DNA of 63,530 bases, filler included, from Sphacelaria rigidula (taxonomy: Eukaryota), in NCBI GenBank assembly GCA_964200075.2. It is 9 parts of 9 records of this genome, joined end to end, with 100 filler letters (N's around TTAATTAATTAA, not from the genome) between each part and the next. Parts side by side here need not be neighbours in the genome. Positions count along the whole stretch, not along the records: positions 42,424 to 49,392 come from CAXNAA020017145.1; positions 49,493 to 56,461 come from CAXNAA020017146.1; positions 56,562 to 63,530 come from CAXNAA020017147.1; 6 more parts are not named here. One strand, 5' to 3'. Shown here piece after piece: positions 48,205 through 60,727 of the stretch. A program made the position numbers and the translations under genes. The first letter of the stretch is position 1; each line of letters begins with the position of its first letter. The notes beneath the pieces were generated by a model. The model ran no database searches. It was given only the letters and a program-made list of their open reading frames with translations, and was not told the origin of the DNA.

Positions 48205-48515
48205 GGGGTATGTACCCATGATCATGCATGCCGTCGTCGTAAGACCACTGGACTTGCATCCCTACAAAGCCGGGACGGGGCACACCGTGTTTTCGCCGGG
48301 CCAGGATCGCACGCAATCACCAAGCGCGGAGCGCCGTGGCGTGTTAGTAGAGTCGCATGAAGGGTGAGCTGCATCCTGCAAAGATTGCTGGATCCGAATC
48401 CTACTGACTACATTGCATTTCAATGACAATGAAATTCCGATGACTTGCTATATTTTCTGGTATCGCCACTTCCAGAGACAGCCACGACTCATGCTCTGCC
48501 TCACCGGTGTTTCAC
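48205..48515 (+). repeat. R1 repeat copy following a poly-G tract
   Basis: gtacccatgatcatgcatgccg...cctacaaagccgggacgg...tatcgccacttccagagacagccacg...ggtgtttcacc. Confidence 0.9.
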
Positions 48516-48971
48516 CATTGACAGTATTGGGCGGTCTAGCTATTCAGGAGTGTTTTGGGGTTTTCCTGGCGTGCTACTCTTCGATAGAAGTCGAAATTGC
48601 TAGCGTAGGTGGATTTTGGTACAACCCAACAGATTATCTTCGACACACAGTGTCCAAGTCCCTGTATGTTGGTGTTATCGGGCAAAACGAGTGAATGCCC
48701 CGTTCACCAGGAGGGTGTTATCGACCGTGAAGCACAGCCTTCCCCTAGTGCAATAAGTAGTCAGAATTTCGAAAAATTGGAACTGTGCGTTTCTTCACAA
48801 ATATGATCGAGACGGGCTCGATTGACCGAAAATACAGAAGAGAGAGAGAATCTCGGCTGAAACGTGGCGGGACCCCCGATGACCGGTCAGCCCATAACTT
48901 ACTCTGTATTGAGTACATATGTTTTGTTCTTCCTGGAATATGGAGCGGATACACATATCCTCAGATTCCTG

Positions 48972-49071
48972 ATGTGATGGGCGGTGGCAAGCGAAAAAAG
49001 CCCAAGAAAACCGCCAATTACGAAAAAGTCACAAGATGCCAAAATATCAATAGTGAGACCGCCCATCACTG
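48972..49071. repeat. ~100-bp segment bounded by a perfect 12-bp inverted repeat (small MITE-like)
   Basis: gtgatgggcggt (48974) / accgcccatcac (49058). Confidence 0.5.
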
Positions 49072-49574
49072 AAAACATCACGTACGACGGTCATCCCCAC
49101 TGTGCGGACTCAAGGTTCTCCCACGCCGCACAACATGATGTAGCTCGACTACCATCATGGTAACCGCAAAAACAAAATGCCAGGGCGCCAAAAAACACGG
49201 TAACCTGGTGGCCTAGGTTACACAGATCGTGGCGTGTTTTAGATCATCATCGCCAACCGACGCCAACCCCGTCGTGGGTCCGCCCCGACGCAGCCGGGAT
49301 GGCGCACGCCGAGTAATCGCCGTACCAGGCTGTTAATGGGGGGGAGGGGGGGGGGGGGGGCCTCGCCCTTTTTGTGCTAAAAGCACGTTTTTNNNNNNNN
49401 NNNNNNNNNNNNNNNNNNNNNNNNNNNNNNNNNNNNTTAATTAATTAANNNNNNNNNNNNNNNNNNNNNNNNNNNNNNNNNNNNNNNNNNNNACCAGGGG
49501 CAGGAGGAAGGGAGGAGAGGATGGGGGGGTGGGGGGGGTGGGCGGGGGCGGCGGGGGTGGAGGGCAGGGGGCGA

Positions 49575-49870
49575 GGTACTCATGATCCTGCGTGTCGTAG
49601 TTATGAGACCATTGATCTCGCATCCCCACATAGCCGGGACGGAGCACGCCGGGTTTTCGCCGGACCAGGCTCGCAATCAATTACCACGCACAGAGCGCCG
49701 GCGATGTTCGGCGAGTCGCATGACGGGGTGCGCTGCATCCTGCTAACATTGTTCGACCCCAAGCGTACCAAGTATCTCACATATGGATGACAGCGTACAA
49801 TGAAGTGTTTCATTGCTTGGTTCCACGACTTTCAGAGACAGCCGCAGCTTACTCTGCCTCATGGATGTCT
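49575..49870 (+). repeat. R1 repeat copy following a G-rich tract
   Basis: gtactcatgatcctgcgtgtcg...gggacggagcacgccgggttttcgccggaccaggctcgca...gagacagccgc. Confidence 0.9.
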
Positions 49871-50678
49871 CCCAATTTCAACACTGCGTATTACGCGAAT
49901 GGACGTTTTGAACAAGGCGATCTGACGACATTAATCCGTTCAAGACACAAATATTTCATTCCCACGGATATATAAGGTTGACAATACCATAGTATACAGG
50001 GTTGGGTCGGGGTTTGTAGTAGAGGCGGTTAGCCCCCGACATAAAAAAGCACGCTTCATCGAATAAGCAATCCCCCCAAACCCTACACCTCATTTCTACA
50101 GCACCCGATAATGGTCGCGGTTTACTGCCCTCGTCGGACGCTCAAAACTCAGCGGCGTGCTCAGGCCGTGTCTCCAGAGGTATGCCCGGGTGTTGTTTGC
50201 TTGAGAGCTGGTAGTAGTCACAACAAGAACAACAATACCTCATGGAATGGAACAACCCCAAATCGTACCCCACACCAACAAACCTGCAGCTCGAGTGATT
50301 CTAGGGTGGAATATACTGTGAAAAAAAAAAAAGTTTGGGTATCGGGTAACACTAGCATTTGCCTCAGATCCCCCCAAAACAACGAGATAATTGCGGCAAT
50401 CAACATCAAACGACTGAGGTGCCAACCGGCCGTCGCGGGTCCTGCGAGTTCACAGCCCCAGGTTGTGACTTTCTGATTTTCTCGCCCACCCCAACCAGTA
50501 CATATCGAGCTCGTGAGCAGATGTACAATACATGTGAAAACTTGTTCGCTACAGCCGAAAACCTGCAACTTTTTCAACCGATTATGGTCGATAACACTCC
50601 CCTAAAATCAAGGTACTTGCTTCGTATCATCCCGACAACACCAACTTCGGGATTGTGTCCTGAGCACGACCTGCTTAC

Positions 50679-53600
50679 TTTCTCGATATCTAACCACGCC
50701 AGGACTTTCCAGTCCTGAGTAAGAATAAGATGTGAAAATTGACAGGAGATATTATTGGCCGCTCTTGGTCCAACACACAACTTTTTCTCCGCTCTAGCGC
50801 GATGAGTAAGTATAAATCCAAGAAATCGGGCCTGTAAATTTATTCGCGACAACCATCATTGGGATTCGTTCACCCCCTTGTTCTCACTATGAAAAGAACG
50901 TCAGTTTTCAGTCCATGATATAATGCACCTACACATGGCAGCTCCTCGCAACAACTGCTACCATGACTTCATGACCTTGCTCGCTAGCGAGACTGTCATT
51001 TTAGTCCTCTTTCATTTCACGACTCTCGGCTCTACTCCGTATCCTGTAGGGGAGGAGGGCGTGACCCCCAAACACTACACTACGGGAAAAGGCGAGAGTA
51101 AGTCCCGTATCAATTTTTTTGCCGGTCGTTTCAAGTATTTCTCATCATCGACGAAAGTCTACGACGGGTACTGACGAGACCTGCACTTGGTGGACCACCT
51201 CTCTACGAAGGTCATTCACCTTGTTTTGTCATACTCCCCGTCAACACTTCCACTACGATCTGCTTCCGCTCGCCCCTCGGACGCTCTCAATGTATAATGC
51301 TTCTCCTTTTCCCACTATTCAAATCACACACAGACGCTTGCGAACACCCATGTCGCTTCAAAACTTTTGCGTCACTCACTCCTCGCCACTCCCCCTTCAC
51401 CCGCCTCCCCACCCCCCCACCCACCTGGGAGTCATTCTGCAGTTCGGCAATCACGCGCTCCCGCTCCCGAGCATCCGCAAACGTGCTCCCCGCCGCCGTG
51501 CTGAGCTTGCTTCCATTAGACCCACCGCTTACCCGCGCCATGCCTCCGTCTCCTTTCACGCTACCCCAGCCGGACACGGAGGACCCCGGGGACATAATGC
51601 TCCGGGTGGATTCCCCGTGCGAAAGACTCGACGAATCCCGCACATGCTGCGGAAAATTAGGGAGGAGGGCAAGCAGGGTGGATGGAGGTAAACGAAACGC
51701 GTAGTCAGAACATGAGATATTCACTACCGTGATTCCACCGTACTCCGTGAAACGAAACGTCTTCACCAGACACGCCATCACGCAACGACACAAGACGTTC
51801 CCGGTACTCAATGCAGTACAATAACATGATCGCCAAATACTTCGCCAACCGACCAGCGGCGGTGCCGTGCATGACTAGGTTGGTCTGCAGTTCACAGCGA
51901 TATGTTCCAGTCGAGCTGATCTGGTGAACTTAACGAGTTATGGTGGGACATGCAAATGTGGGATGTACTGCTGGCCCAGCTCGTATGTTCCTGCGTCAAG
52001 ATAATATGTTGGTGTGACGGTCACACGTCGGGCTGCATGACAACTCACCAACTGCACTACATTGGAGCACCTACCCATTACATTATACCGCGACCCCCAT
52101 GCACTGAACTACATCGGAACCCCAACCTATTGCACCATACCAGGACTCCGTACACCGCACTACATCGGAACCCCTACCCGTTGCACTATACCGGGTCCCC
52201 ATACACCGCATTGTACCGGGACCCCTCCACGCTGCACCATATCGAGATTCCTACACACTGCATCATACCAATCCCCCATTCACTACAATATATCGGAACC
52301 CCCATCCTCTGCGCTCTATTTTGTATACAACTCTCAACACAATACAACAACTCACCCCCTTCAAGCTGGCGGCATCGGCGGCATCCTCCGAGAAGTCATA
52401 CGACATTTCCGCCTCAACGCCATCTTCCCGAACCGGCATCAATCCCCCCGACGACCTCTTCGACACACCCTGGCTATCCGTCGATAGCCCCGCGTCTGGT
52501 CCCCCCCCTGACCTTTCTACGGCATCGTTGCCACCCGTAGAATTTTCCGACGCCCTCGCGGAAACTTCTGGCGTTGAAGTTGCACTAGCGCTCGGAGTGG
52601 AGCCGGTAGCGGACCCGGACGGCGAAGCTGCATGCAACGTTACCCCCACCCCGTTTCATGAGAGATGGCACGGTGCACAGTACCGGAGCAATAACAGGGA
52701 CGCAGAGGATTGATGAGCACATCAAGAGTTCGCGATTCCTGGCGTTCGAATGTTGCATCGCCGCTCGTTTGAACGGAGTCGGCGTGTGAACGGGCCGGAT
52801 ACGCTGCAATACAGTAGCTCCGCGTCTATCGAGAGGAACCCCATCACAACAGCCTCGAAAGGCGAGAACCCCGGAAGAGAGATGAGACGAGACGGGACAG
52901 GATGGCATGGGACAGGGGTCAGCTGTTAGGTAATAGTTCCCCAGGATCTTACTTCATTTGAAGGGCGATAACTATATAATGGCCATCCTCGGAAGTGGCA
53001 TGTTGCAGAAGTCGTGCGCGGTACGCCACTTTATTTTTGCGATGGAACTGCGGAACACGGTGTTTGGTACCCGCGATGTGCGGTGTGTACGGGACGGATG
53101 ATATTCCGTTCGTGAAATAAAAACTCGATGTCCATGCTAATGCAGAACGCCCTACATGGAACCAGTGTTTTGTACTGCGTATCACCGCCTCTAGAACCAC
53201 ACACACACGCACGCACACACACACACATACACACACCGCTTGCCCATCATGTACCATCCCCTTATTTCCCGCGGTGGTACTGGAGCGGCAATCATGTTCC
53301 GACTGGTAAGGACCTCGTCATGTATGCAACATCTCGTCATCTTCCGCGACGGTCTGAACCGTTAAGTTGTGTTCCGACAGGAGAGGAACCGGGTGTTCAT
53401 GAATATCTTGTGATATTCCGCGACGGTCCTGCTCCGCCATGTTGTGTTTCGACAGGCTGGGGCCTTGACGTTTATAAATGTCTCGCCATTTCCGCGACGG
53501 TACTGCACCATCAAATTGTGTTCCGACAGGTTGGGGCCTGGTTGCGATGCATCATTTCGTCATAATCTGCACTGGCACTGGACCGTCAAATTGTGTTACG

Positions 53601-56053
53601 ACGTGTTGAGGCCTGGTTGCGATGCATCTATCATCTCATCATATGCCGCAATGATACTAGACCGCCAGATTGTGTTCCGGCAGGTAGGGGCCTGGTTGCG
53701 ATGCATCATTTCGTCATAATCTGCACTGGCACTGGACCGCCAAATTGTGTTACGACGTGTTGAGGCCTGGTTGCGATGCATCCATCATCTCATCATATGC
53801 CGCAATGATACTAGACCGCCAGATTGTGTTGCGACAGGTTGAGGCCTTGCCACGATGCACATGGTTACTGAATTACCTGATGCGGCCGCGTTAGCCCCTG
53901 CAGGTACCAGCATGTTGCGGAACTGCTTCAAAGCCTTAGCCTGTCCCTTGAATGCTATCCGGATCTCGATGTCCTTACCCATCAACGTCACGCTTTCCTC
54001 TGAGGGGGTTTCGTGCACCTTCAAGAGAACAAAAACGACAGAAAAAAAAAAAAACGACATCATGAAAGAATTGGTTATAAACAGGAGTCATGGAAGGAAA
54101 ATGAAAAAGTGACCTTCACATGTGAAAGCTTGAACATGAAACATCCCAACAGCTCAAAATAAACCCCCTTGATCGCGAGGGGACGCCTTTCGTCTAGGTC
54201 ATACATTTTCAAGGGCAACTGACGCCGATTCAACAGATGACCTACGCTGGCGGTCAAAAAGTTGACGTCATAATCACGAATGTGTCCGCAAGATTTTTTT
54301 TTCCTCACCAAAATTCCACCTTTGGGTTACGTGGTTCATGACGAAAACGCCAATAAAAAAACCATGATGTCAATATCACCTCTGTTGCAAAAAAAAACGC
54401 GGGATGGGTGAGGGGTTCGGCAGATACACGTGTACTGGTAGGCTCCTGGCGAGTGATGATAAAATACCCTACATTGTTCAGCACCACATTAGACCAGGCT
54501 GAGATGGGAAGCTATCTATCGTCAGTCCCGACTCGCAGATCGCATAGGTGAAAAGCGCACCTGCCTCACCGTGTGAATCATGCAAGGGACCCTACAACAC
54601 AGCAAGCGATAAAACTTGTGGATCACGTACTTCAAAAGCCGCGCTGAAAATAGATTGCCCGGATGGTAAGACAGAGGAAGTACAATAGATGCATGTCATA
54701 TTTACAGCATCGGCATGGTGGCACGGAATTGGCATGCAGACAAAACATATGCACAAACATCCAACGGCTACATTTCGACACAACAGACACAACAGACACA
54801 ACGCACAAGACGCAACACACGGGACACCCGTGAAACACACAACACAACACACGGGACACACAAAACACAACACACTGGACACACAAAACATAACACACGA
54901 AGAACACAAAACACAACACACAACACACGAGGAACACAACATACACTGCAACACAAAAGACACGCAACACACACGTAACACGCACAGAACGCAATACAGA
55001 CCTCAAGAAGTTCATCGAGAGCTAGCTCGTGGTCAACCCCGCCCTTTTCAGACTTCACCACCAGCGTGCTGCCATCCGGCGATAATCGCAGGTGCCTCAG
55101 GCGTGTCGACACGAACCTTCGAACAAGTCGGCGTCACATATATCACGCCAGCAGCAAAGCAGAGTCCAACACACTTGATTTGATCCATCGATCGATTCAT
55201 CCGTTCATCGCGTAACTCTCTCGAATTTAACTCCACCCCAACGCAAAAAAAAACGGAGCGATGAGAGATCATGCACGGCGTTCCATCCACTGAAAGTTGT
55301 GACGATATTCCCTGCTGAGGGTTCCAAAAGCGGTGTCAAATGTCACAAAGCTAAAATTTTGAACCGGAAGTAATTCAACAGGGTTGTTCGTTCTGTAGGG
55401 TACCTGTGTTGTATATTTGGGGTATCTACCCGGGTCTGACCCATATTCGACAGTGCTGTGAGTTTTTCACGCCCCTCATACCGATACCCGACAGTCCTGT
55501 AGAATCCGTGACGAAATGTTCCTACTCACCCGGCATCCTCACCCGGCGTCCGGATATACCCTTGTAAATATACCCAGCTGCGGATAAGAGTTTTCTGCAC
55601 AACCTCCATACCGTACCCGACAGTTCTGCAAGTTTTGTAATAAATCATATACCCAAGAGAGCATACCCGTATCCTGCAGGACACGGCCTCGTAATCCCAC
55701 ATCTTGATTTTTTTTTAAACGCGGCCTCATGAGAGTGGCCCTCACAGAGCAGCAGAATTCCGAAATTCTTGGTGACACACTGCGACTGTTTTCAGAACAA
55801 TTTTGCCGAGATACAACGAAATTCTGAATTCGGGGTGAATCTCTCCTTGCGTGACTCACGAAATATCAGATTCTGCACGACTCTCACGACATTCCAGTAG
55901 CAGCATGTACTCAAAAAGAAGGGGTACGTCGAGAGGGAGAAATAGTACACTTACCTTCTAGTCGGTGCGTCCGGAGCCGAAATTTCAGGTTTGTCGCCCC
56001 ATTTGGCCACTACCCGCCGAGCCATGAGCCATGTCTTATCTCCTTCGTGTTCC
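50679..56053 (-). CDS. Internal part of a multi-exon gene encoding a PH-domain-like protein with a Ser/Gly-rich linker
   Basis: Six phase-compatible GT-AG exons: 55955-~56053, 55002-55116, 53877-54018, 52356-52627, 51425-51646, 50679-50714. Spliced protein: TWLMARRVVAKWG..R/FVSTRLRHLRLSPDGSTLVVKSEKGGVDHELALDELLE/VHETPSEESVTLMGKDIEIRIAFKGQAKALKQFRNML.. (PH-like strands + C-terminal helix), then a low-complexity linker, ..ERERVIAELQNDSQ/DWKVLAWLDIEK. Confidence 0.75.
51425..51646 (-). CDS. PH-like gene exon
   Basis: ccgcag|HVRDSSSL..AELQNDSQ|gtgggt; 222 nt. Confidence 0.8.
52054..52303. repeat. Intronic minisatellite, ~26-bp units alternating as ~52-bp dimers
   Basis: Recurrent gcactacatcggaacccc / ttgcactataccggg.cccc.tacacc. 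Confidence 0.85.
52356..52627 (-). CDS. PH-like gene exon (Ser/Gly-rich)
   Basis: atgcag|CT-SPSGSATG..DAASLKG|gtgagt; phase 1 to 0. Confidence 0.8.
53266..53860. repeat. Intronic tandem array of ~8 units of ~74-79 bp; the last four are a duplicated ~153-bp dimer
   Basis: Recurrent ttgtgttccgacagg..ggggcctggttgcgatgcatc. Confidence 0.9.
53877..54018 (-). CDS. PH-like gene exon
   Basis: ttgaag|VHETPSEE..GANAAAS-G|gtaatt after a long polypyrimidine tract. Confidence 0.8.
54775..54995. repeat. CA-rich low-complexity intronic tract
   Basis: Seen directly. It gives rise to spurious Cys/Val and His/Thr ORFs. Confidence 0.9.
55002..55116 (-). CDS. PH-like gene exon
   Basis: tcgaag|G-FVSTRLRHLRLSPDG..LDELLE|gtctgt. 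Confidence 0.75.
55398..55675. repeat. Degraded repeat with reiterated tacccg / cataccgtacccgacag motifs (transposon-subterminal-like)
   Basis: cataccgatacccgacagtcctgtag and cataccgtacccgacagttctgcaag, plus many ataccc. Confidence 0.55.
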
Positions 56054-57464
56054 CTGCCTGGCGTAACGGCCTCCTGTATTTTGACAAGAACAGGTACTTA
56101 TACATATAAATATACCTTGAAGTTCAACACACAAATTAGAAGTTACAGCACAGGGATAAAGGCAAAACATTTTGACCCCTCATCCCCCCCCACAAAGCAA
56201 GATTTTCGAACGAGGCTTTGTCCTTTTTTTAACGCCAACCTGTGTGTAACTCAACCCTTGGTCCGCTACAATTGGGTAACGCTATCTGTTAGATGGGCAC
56301 CATTTGCCGTACTTTCCGAGTCTGAATCGATGCCGGTTCAGCAGATCGCCTGCTCTGACGGTAAAAGGGTTCAATATCAGCGTACAAATGCTCTAAGGGT
56401 TGGACAAATAATGATTCGTCTGAAAATTACTTGGTTCTAGTATCATGAGTCGACTCGTGACNNNNNNNNNNNNNNNNNNNNNNNNNNNNNNNNNNNNNNN
56501 NNNNNTTAATTAATTAANNNNNNNNNNNNNNNNNNNNNNNNNNNNNNNNNNNNNNNNNNNNACCGTGGCGCTGGCCAGGAGGAGTTGCCCTGGGGCTTGG
56601 GGCGAGGAGGGGCGCCAAAAACCCCCCCCCCCCCCCCCCCGCCATCGTAGGATAACGCTGAAACTAATTATCTGGGATGACGAGAAACGCCCCAAAGTTT
56701 CCCTTTAGTAGTTGGACTTGAAGGAGCCGCCGCAGGTGTATTGGGTGAGGGTCGTCCTGCCTGCGAAATGTGATTTGTGTCTCAGCTCCGTCGTTCTGTC
56801 GAATTGAAGTCTTGTGTTCGCACGTATTTTCGATGTTTTCCTGACGCGCTCCAACAGTGAACACGCAATGAGTTGCTTCAACAGTATTGACGCCTGCGAA
56901 TGCTGAAAGTGGATTTGTGAACGCACCGTAGTGAGCGCAACTTCCACACCAGTAGTGATTCCCCCTATGGTGATGCGTTGAGGCCCTTCACCGTAGTGTC
57001 GTACATGCCATGCATCTCACGATATGCATTCTCTATGCATGTCATCAACCTCAGACATTCGTCATGATTTCGCTTATCCTCGCGGTGTTGTAACGGGTTT
57101 GGCCGCATCGATCTCGTGCGCACACGCTACTGTAGTGCTACTGGCGTCTGTGTGCCATGCCCGCTCGGCGGCTAGGCAGTTGCTTGATCACCCGTCTGCT
57201 TTGCGGTGCTCGACACGCATGGGCACCAGCGATCCATATGCTGCTCTTGGCGTCTCACCAGCCTCTTTTCTACGTCCATTTGGATCGGCCGTATTAGGGT
57301 ATATGTTTCACGATGCTTGTCCTGCCCCTAGCGTCGTGTGCCCCGGGGTGCTTGGAGGATTCCCGTCATATATTGGTCGTATGTACAGCTGAGATGGCGA
57401 CGAAATACTGTAAATGTACAGAAGTAGGCGCCGATCGAATATTCTATAAAACACGCCATTCGAA

Positions 57465-57660
57465 AGGTTCGGAAAACACTTCTTTTTGGTCATTTCAGAG
57501 TGCAAGTATCTCAGGATCAGAGCGCAGAATAGAAAGAAAAATCTCATCGGAAAAAAGCTAAGGGGATACCACATTTGAAGGAGGGGTATAATAATTTTAT
57601 GTTGCACTCTGATCCTGAGATATTTGCACTCTGAAATGACGAAAAAGCGTTTTCCGAAAC
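57465..57660. mobile_element. MITE-like element with ~55-bp inverted repeats
   Basis: gtcatttcagagtgcaagtatctcaggatcagagcgca (57489-57526) versus tgcactctgatcctgagatatttgcactctgaaatgac (57603-57640), extending outward to ttcggaaaac/gttttccgaa. Confidence 0.8.
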
Positions 57661-59297
57661 TCTCTATTATATACCAGTCGCAGTCTTGGTGAAACCAAAC
57701 AGTATATCGTTCATGTGCTGTGCACAAAACAGCGTGTCATCACGTGTATTATATATATATATATGTATACGCAAAAATGGACAACTACGAATGCATCAAT
57801 ATCATCACGCTACCTTTCGCAAATCGATCATTTCTCGGCTGTACCATGTAAGTGAATTTTGTTGTACCCGTACAACGGTGGAAGAACTGTGGCGAAGTAG
57901 CTTCGCGAATGAATTTCCCCGCCATTTTCACGCCCCAACTCGTTCTTCTGGCGGATTTCTCATGTCATGACATGACCCTGTATCATCCACTACCAAGATG
58001 TACATACTCATCGTACAGTCAAGCAGATGACCCGGCGAACAGGTGAGGAAAAGCCCGCTGTAACCACGGTTAAGCTGCACTAACAGGTTACCCCAAAACT
58101 CTGTTTCTGACGTATGAGGCGGTAGCGGAATGATACAAAATTAGTTTTCGTTTTTATTTTCTCATACTTAGGCTGCGGTGGAGGGGGGCTGGAGTGCACC
58201 TCCCACCGTAAGTGCGTTCGTAGGTTGTGCTGTTTTTGTTCCTCCATTTCTGTTGATTTTCGCATTTTTGTTGTGCTATTGCGGCTCCGTCCGTTTATGC
58301 GTCAGTATTGTTATTCATGAGTAAACTCGAGCAGCGTCATACGCTGCTTGGAACCGTTCCATTTCCACATTCCGAAAAGCCACTTGTTGCGCCGCCGTGA
58401 TTCTACGATGTGACCCCTCATGTAACTCGCCTCGGTTACCCAAGTACCGTATGCCGACACAAGCAGGTCAAGAACAGTAAGCATAGTTATTAGCGCCGCG
58501 GAACATTGCCATGTTGAAGGATTCGTGTGACCACCTTGGAAGCTGCGCCAGCGGATCGTGATTATGAAATGGCAAAAAGAGACACGTTGCCTTTGTATAC
58601 GAACACTGTTTACCTCTCACCCCTACAGGCCGTGACTTGGGGGTTTTATCAACAATAATTTATTCCCATAATTTTTGTGAATTCGTCGGAATAAGTGGAC
58701 TTTCCCCCCCCCCGAATTCTCCAAAACACAAATCGCTGAACAAAAAAAAAGACTCTAAATTTGAGGAGTAAATTGCAATCAGCCTTGAATTCATATATTG
58801 CGTAATCTGGTTGAGAAACTTACTCTCCCATTTTTCGGGATGTTAAAAACTGTCCGAAATTGTCCGAGATTTCGTCTGGAAAACAAGACCCATCGATAAT
58901 ACTCCTTGATGATGATGTATCATTGCGACATACATCCACATGCTATTTGTGGGTTCGATCATTCTGCCGACCGCATCGGCAAGCAGTTCTGTTTCGCGAC
59001 GCAGGCCATCGTTCGTGAAACACTTCAGTAGCCGCGGCGGTCGCGTGGAACCTCATGTGCCACCCTCTCCATCCCCCCCGCGCGACGTTTGATTGCAAAA
59101 CTAAAGATAGAAAAAACTGTGAATTGAAGGGAGTCAATCTACTGTTCTCCCGTGCCGTGTCGATTGTTCGTTGATACAGGGTGCATGCCACCAGGCATTG
59201 GTTCTGGTTCAAGTAGGCGGTATGAGGATTGCTCGTCCGGCGCTGAATGCTGCGTCGGCTGCACATGCGATTACGGTGGTGAGCTCACGGTATAGGT

Positions 59298-59937
59298 TGT
59301 ACTCATTATCTCGCATGCCGTAGTCATGTCACCGTTGACCTCGCATCCCTACGATGCCGGGACGGAGTGCGCGGGGTATTCGCCGGACTCTAGCCGCCGC
59401 ACCGCGGTGGTGTAATGGTCCGACTGTCGCCATTAGGGTGGAGAAAACGAGAGTTCGATTCCCGATGTGTTGGGTTTTTTCTTCGGAGTATCTGACTTCC
59501 GCCGTGGAAAGCGTGAGAACGTGAGTAAACAAAGTAGTTGACTGAGTTTGTTCGACGTGAGTTGACGCGGTGCGGAAATGCTGACCCAATCCGCGAGACC
59601 AAAACGCAAGGCGTGTGGTGTACCGGGGAGAGAAGGGTTGATCCCTTGAGAGCACGGACTCGTCCTGAGGAAGGGGAGGGGTTCAAAGTGCGACAAAATA
59701 ATAATAATAAATAATGAAAGTAAAAAAGATTCGCAATCTACAATATATACCCAAGCGCGAAGCGCCGTGATGTGTTGGGCGAGTCGCATCAAGGGTGAGC
59801 TGCACTCTGCCAAGATTATTCGGCTCGAAACGTACTATATTTTTGCATAGAAATGACTATTTCGAATGGCTTGTTTCATTTCCTGCTGTCGCCACTTCTA
59901 GACACAGGAGCCACGAATTACACTGCCTCATGGGTGC
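59298..59937 (+). repeat. R1 repeat copy split by a SINE (parts 59298-59390 and ~59729-59937)
   Basis: R1 runs to cgccggac and resumes at tcgcaatc..ccaagcgcgaagcgccgtgatgtgtt. Confidence 0.85.
59392..59727 (+). mobile_element. tRNA-derived SINE, apparently full length
   Basis: A box tggtgtaatggt (59408), B box gagttcgattccc (59451), unique body, (AAT)n/A-rich tail. Second copy at 13518. Confidence 0.85.
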
Positions 59938-60171
59938 CTATCTAGGGGGAGTACCGATAAAGCGCGGCGGGGTGCCAGCCCCGGTGTGAGCGCGGTGCAA
60001 ATGCCCGGTGTCATGCTGTTCAAGTTGTGTATCAACTCAATCGAAAAAAAACAAAGTGTGGAACAGTACAGTGCCGTCGCATTTCATATCGCAACGTATG
60101 TTCCCTGGCATGCTCACACGTTGTCATCTATGCCCCGATATTCCTGCAACCACTTACCGACGAACATGCAG

Positions 60172-60270
60172 TATGCGTAAGCCCAGATGGCAGACCTACC
60201 TGCGCTCTCGAGTTCGCCTTCTGCATCTCAGATGGTGACTGCTGTGGCGACTTGGTGTGCTCTGATTCGG
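60172..60270 (+). CDS. 99-nt symmetric phase-1 exon encoding a cystine-knot-like (ICK) module
   Basis: catgcag|TA-CVSPDGRPTCALEFAFCISDGDCCGDLVCSDS-G|gtaagc; C-x6-C-x5-CC-x4-C spacing. Confidence 0.7.
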
Positions 60271-60520
60271 GTAAGCAGTCAAGCAAAGTACTCAATGCTA
60301 TGAATTTTATTGGCACCAGGTTGATCGGCGACTTGTGTCTCATGTCATCGTCATGTGGGGAAGGTCCACGAGTGAGTGTTCGGGAGTTCCACGCGCAGGT
60401 GCCTGCTTGAACTGACCAACCCTTATGTGGAGGGAGCCCTGTCGATGAAGCTTTGCGCTTCTCATCATACATAAAGACATAGAGTTTCCTCACTTCATGA
60501 TTTCATAAGATGGAATATTT

Positions 60521-60727
60521 CAAGGGCAGGTCGAGTAGAGTCTACTCAATTGCGGGGTATTTTGAAAGTCGTACTTGAGGTACACAAATTTGCGGTAGGG
60601 TGTTAGGGGTCGCTTTTTCCAGTAATTTTTTGCGTATGACTCCTAACACTCTACCCTAATTTGAGTGCCTCAAGTACGTATTTCAAAATATCCCGCAATT
60701 AAGTATCCTCTACTCGACCTGCCCTTG
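60521..60727. mobile_element. Foldback MITE with ~90-bp inverted arms
   Basis: caagggcaggtcgagtagag..aattgcggggtattttgaaa..cgtacttgagg..tagggtgttagg versus cctaacactcta..cctcaagtacg..tttcaaaatatcccgcaatt..ctctactcgacctgcccttg. Confidence 0.88.

Noticed and set aside
53266..53860. Coding FNIP/LRR repeat exon array
   Set aside because: Unit lengths are not consistently multiples of 3, frames contain stops, and the array sits inside an intron of the PH-like gene.
54592..55015. Cys-rich metallothionein-like or membrane ORFs
   Set aside because: These are products of a CA/TG low-complexity intron tract.
59400..59475. tRNA gene
   Set aside because: A and B boxes are present, but I could not fold a convincing cloverleaf. 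It continues into a shared body and tail, so it is a SINE.
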